NCBI GenBank assembly: GCA_964632485.1
Contig: CAZWDO010000029.1
Coordinates: 1 to 39,133 of the forward strand
Direction: 5' to 3'
Source of the DNA: an uncultured bacterium
GTDB lineage: Bacteria > JAGOEH01
DNA: 39,133 nucleotides
The notes under the pieces are model-generated. The model saw only the letters and a program-made list of their open reading frames with translations. It did not search any database and was not told the origin of the DNA. This document shows positions 37,612 to 39,133 of the stretch, piece by piece. Numbering within the stretch: position 1 is the stretch's first letter; the number at the start of each line of letters is the position of its first letter. A program made the translations under genes and the position numbers.

Positions 37612-38518
37612 CAATATTTCGATTATCATTCCGGTTTATAATACGGCGGACACCTTGGCCCGCACGCTTGAAGCCATTTGCAACCTGGATTATCCTCCTG
37701 AAAATCTGTTTGTCATAGTAGTAGATGATGCGTCTGTTGATCATTCGGTAGAGATTGCTGAATCATTCAGAAATCGACTCTCCTTGCAAGTGTTGTGTCA
37801 ATCAATTAATAATGGGGCCGCTGCGGCCCGCAACCGGGGATGGCGGGAATCCGATTCAGATTGGATCGCTTTTCTTGATAGCGATCTCAAAGTGGATCGG
37901 TTTTGGCTGCGACGCTTGAAAGCGTGTTTTAATCAGCAGAGCATCCGGGGAGTGATGGGATGGGTTCTACCGCCTCCGGAATGGCCTGAAACCCGTTTAC
38001 AACGATATATCTACGCAAGGAATCGGGGCGCTTTCCCATATCAGGGTCAACCGCTTAAGTTTAAACATTTTTTATTCAACAATACATTATTAAGACGGGA
38101 ATTGCTTGAAGAATTCAGCGGCTTTGATGATAATTTTACGACGTATGGTGAAGATACCGAATTGGCGCTTCGGCTTTGGAAACGTTATCCTCATGGTTTA
38201 TATTTCTGCGCTGAAGCCGTTGCCTGGCATTATCATGCCCGTGAATTGGAAGATTTTGAACGGATTATGTTTGAGTATGGTCGCGTCAAAATACCCCGAT
38301 TGTTGGCCAAGCATCCGGGATTTGAAGAAGATTTGGGTTTAAGCCGTGTCCGGATTCAACTGTCGGCTTTCACGGGACATCTCTGGTTTCTGGGGTTGCT
38401 GAAGTTAGTATGCCGGATCGCGCCGGAACGATTTTCATCATTTTGGTTTCGTCTATTACTGGGGTCGTGGATGCTACGCGGGTTTCGCGAAAAAAAATGG
38501 GTAGCATCAAATTTTTAA
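37601..38518 (+). CDS. Glycosyltransferase family 2
   Basis: ISIIIPVYN, VIVVDDASVD, GAAAARNRG, AFLDSD (DxD) and GFD..F..YGEDTEL. Confidence 0.92.
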   Translation: MKTDNISIIIPVYNTADTLARTLEAICNLDYPPENLFVIVVDDASVDHSVEIAESFRNRLSLQVLCQSINNGAAAARNRGWRESDSDWIAFLDSDLKVDRFWLRRLKACFNQQSIRGVMGWVLPPPEWPETRLQRYIYARNRGAFPYQGQPLKFKHFLFNNTLLRRELLEEFSGFDDNFTTYGEDTELALRLWKRYPHGLYFCAEAVAWHYHARELEDFERIMFEYGRVKIPRLLAKHPGFEEDLGLSRVRIQLSAFTGHLWFLGLLKLVCRIAPERFSSFWFRLLLGSWMLRGFREKKWVASNF

Positions 38519-38593
38519 TCTGCTATTTGATAATAGGTTAGAAAAAAAATTAAGAAATTTGAAAAAAAAGGTTAAGAAAGAGTAAAAAAGGAC

Positions 38594-38622
38594 TTGACAA
38601 GAGGAGAGGAAATGATTATATT
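38594..38622 (+). promoter_or_regulatory. rRNA operon promoter with an A-rich UP element; boxA-like sequence downstream
   Basis: TTGACA (38594-38599), N17, TATATT (38617-38622). A-tracts at about 38540-38590. BoxA-like AACCTTTGAATA at 38691-38702. Confidence 0.8.
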
Positions 38623-38727
38623 AGGGGTCCTGAAATGAGAGAGATCTGAGACATCATCCAGATAGACAAGGATGCACCGCTGGGTGCGTCAACCTTTGAA
38701 TAAAGAATAACGAAAGCCAAAAAGATA

Positions 38728-39133
<406 letters not shown>

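Overview
Bacterial chromosomal window from a diderm. kdsB, a degenerate T9SS-type C-terminal sorting domain and a gatC-kdsB-pyrG cluster point to an FCB-group or related candidate lineage; this placement is an inference. The first ~2.3 kb is visibly GC-richer than the rest and encodes a GAF-PAS-AAA+ sigma54 activator. The AT-richer remainder contains, in order: a frameshifted T9SS-CTD gene remnant; two small hypothetical genes; a transglutaminase-like protein with a NitT/TauT ABC importer; an output-less CHASE4-HAMP sensor coupled to a heterodimeric ABC exporter; gatC-kdsB-pyrG coupled to a CHASE2-sigma54 activator fusion; a SprA-related gene behind a sigma28-type promoter; a rhomboid-TPR gene overlapping an umuD that has no adjacent umuC; a ~15 kb minus-strand run (TPR protein, beta-barrel, U32, LOG, multi-ACT protein, uvrA, Cys-rich MarR, SpoIIE sensor phosphatase); an MFS and a GT2 gene behind a structured leader; and the 5' end of a 16S rRNA gene. 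I saw no CRISPR array, tRNA, transposase or integrase. The best novelty candidates are the CHASE2-bEBP fusion, the rhomboid-umuD coupling, the transglutaminase-importer operon, the standalone multi-ACT protein and the structured RNA candidate at 36187-36304. All family calls come from motif recognition by eye, not database searches.
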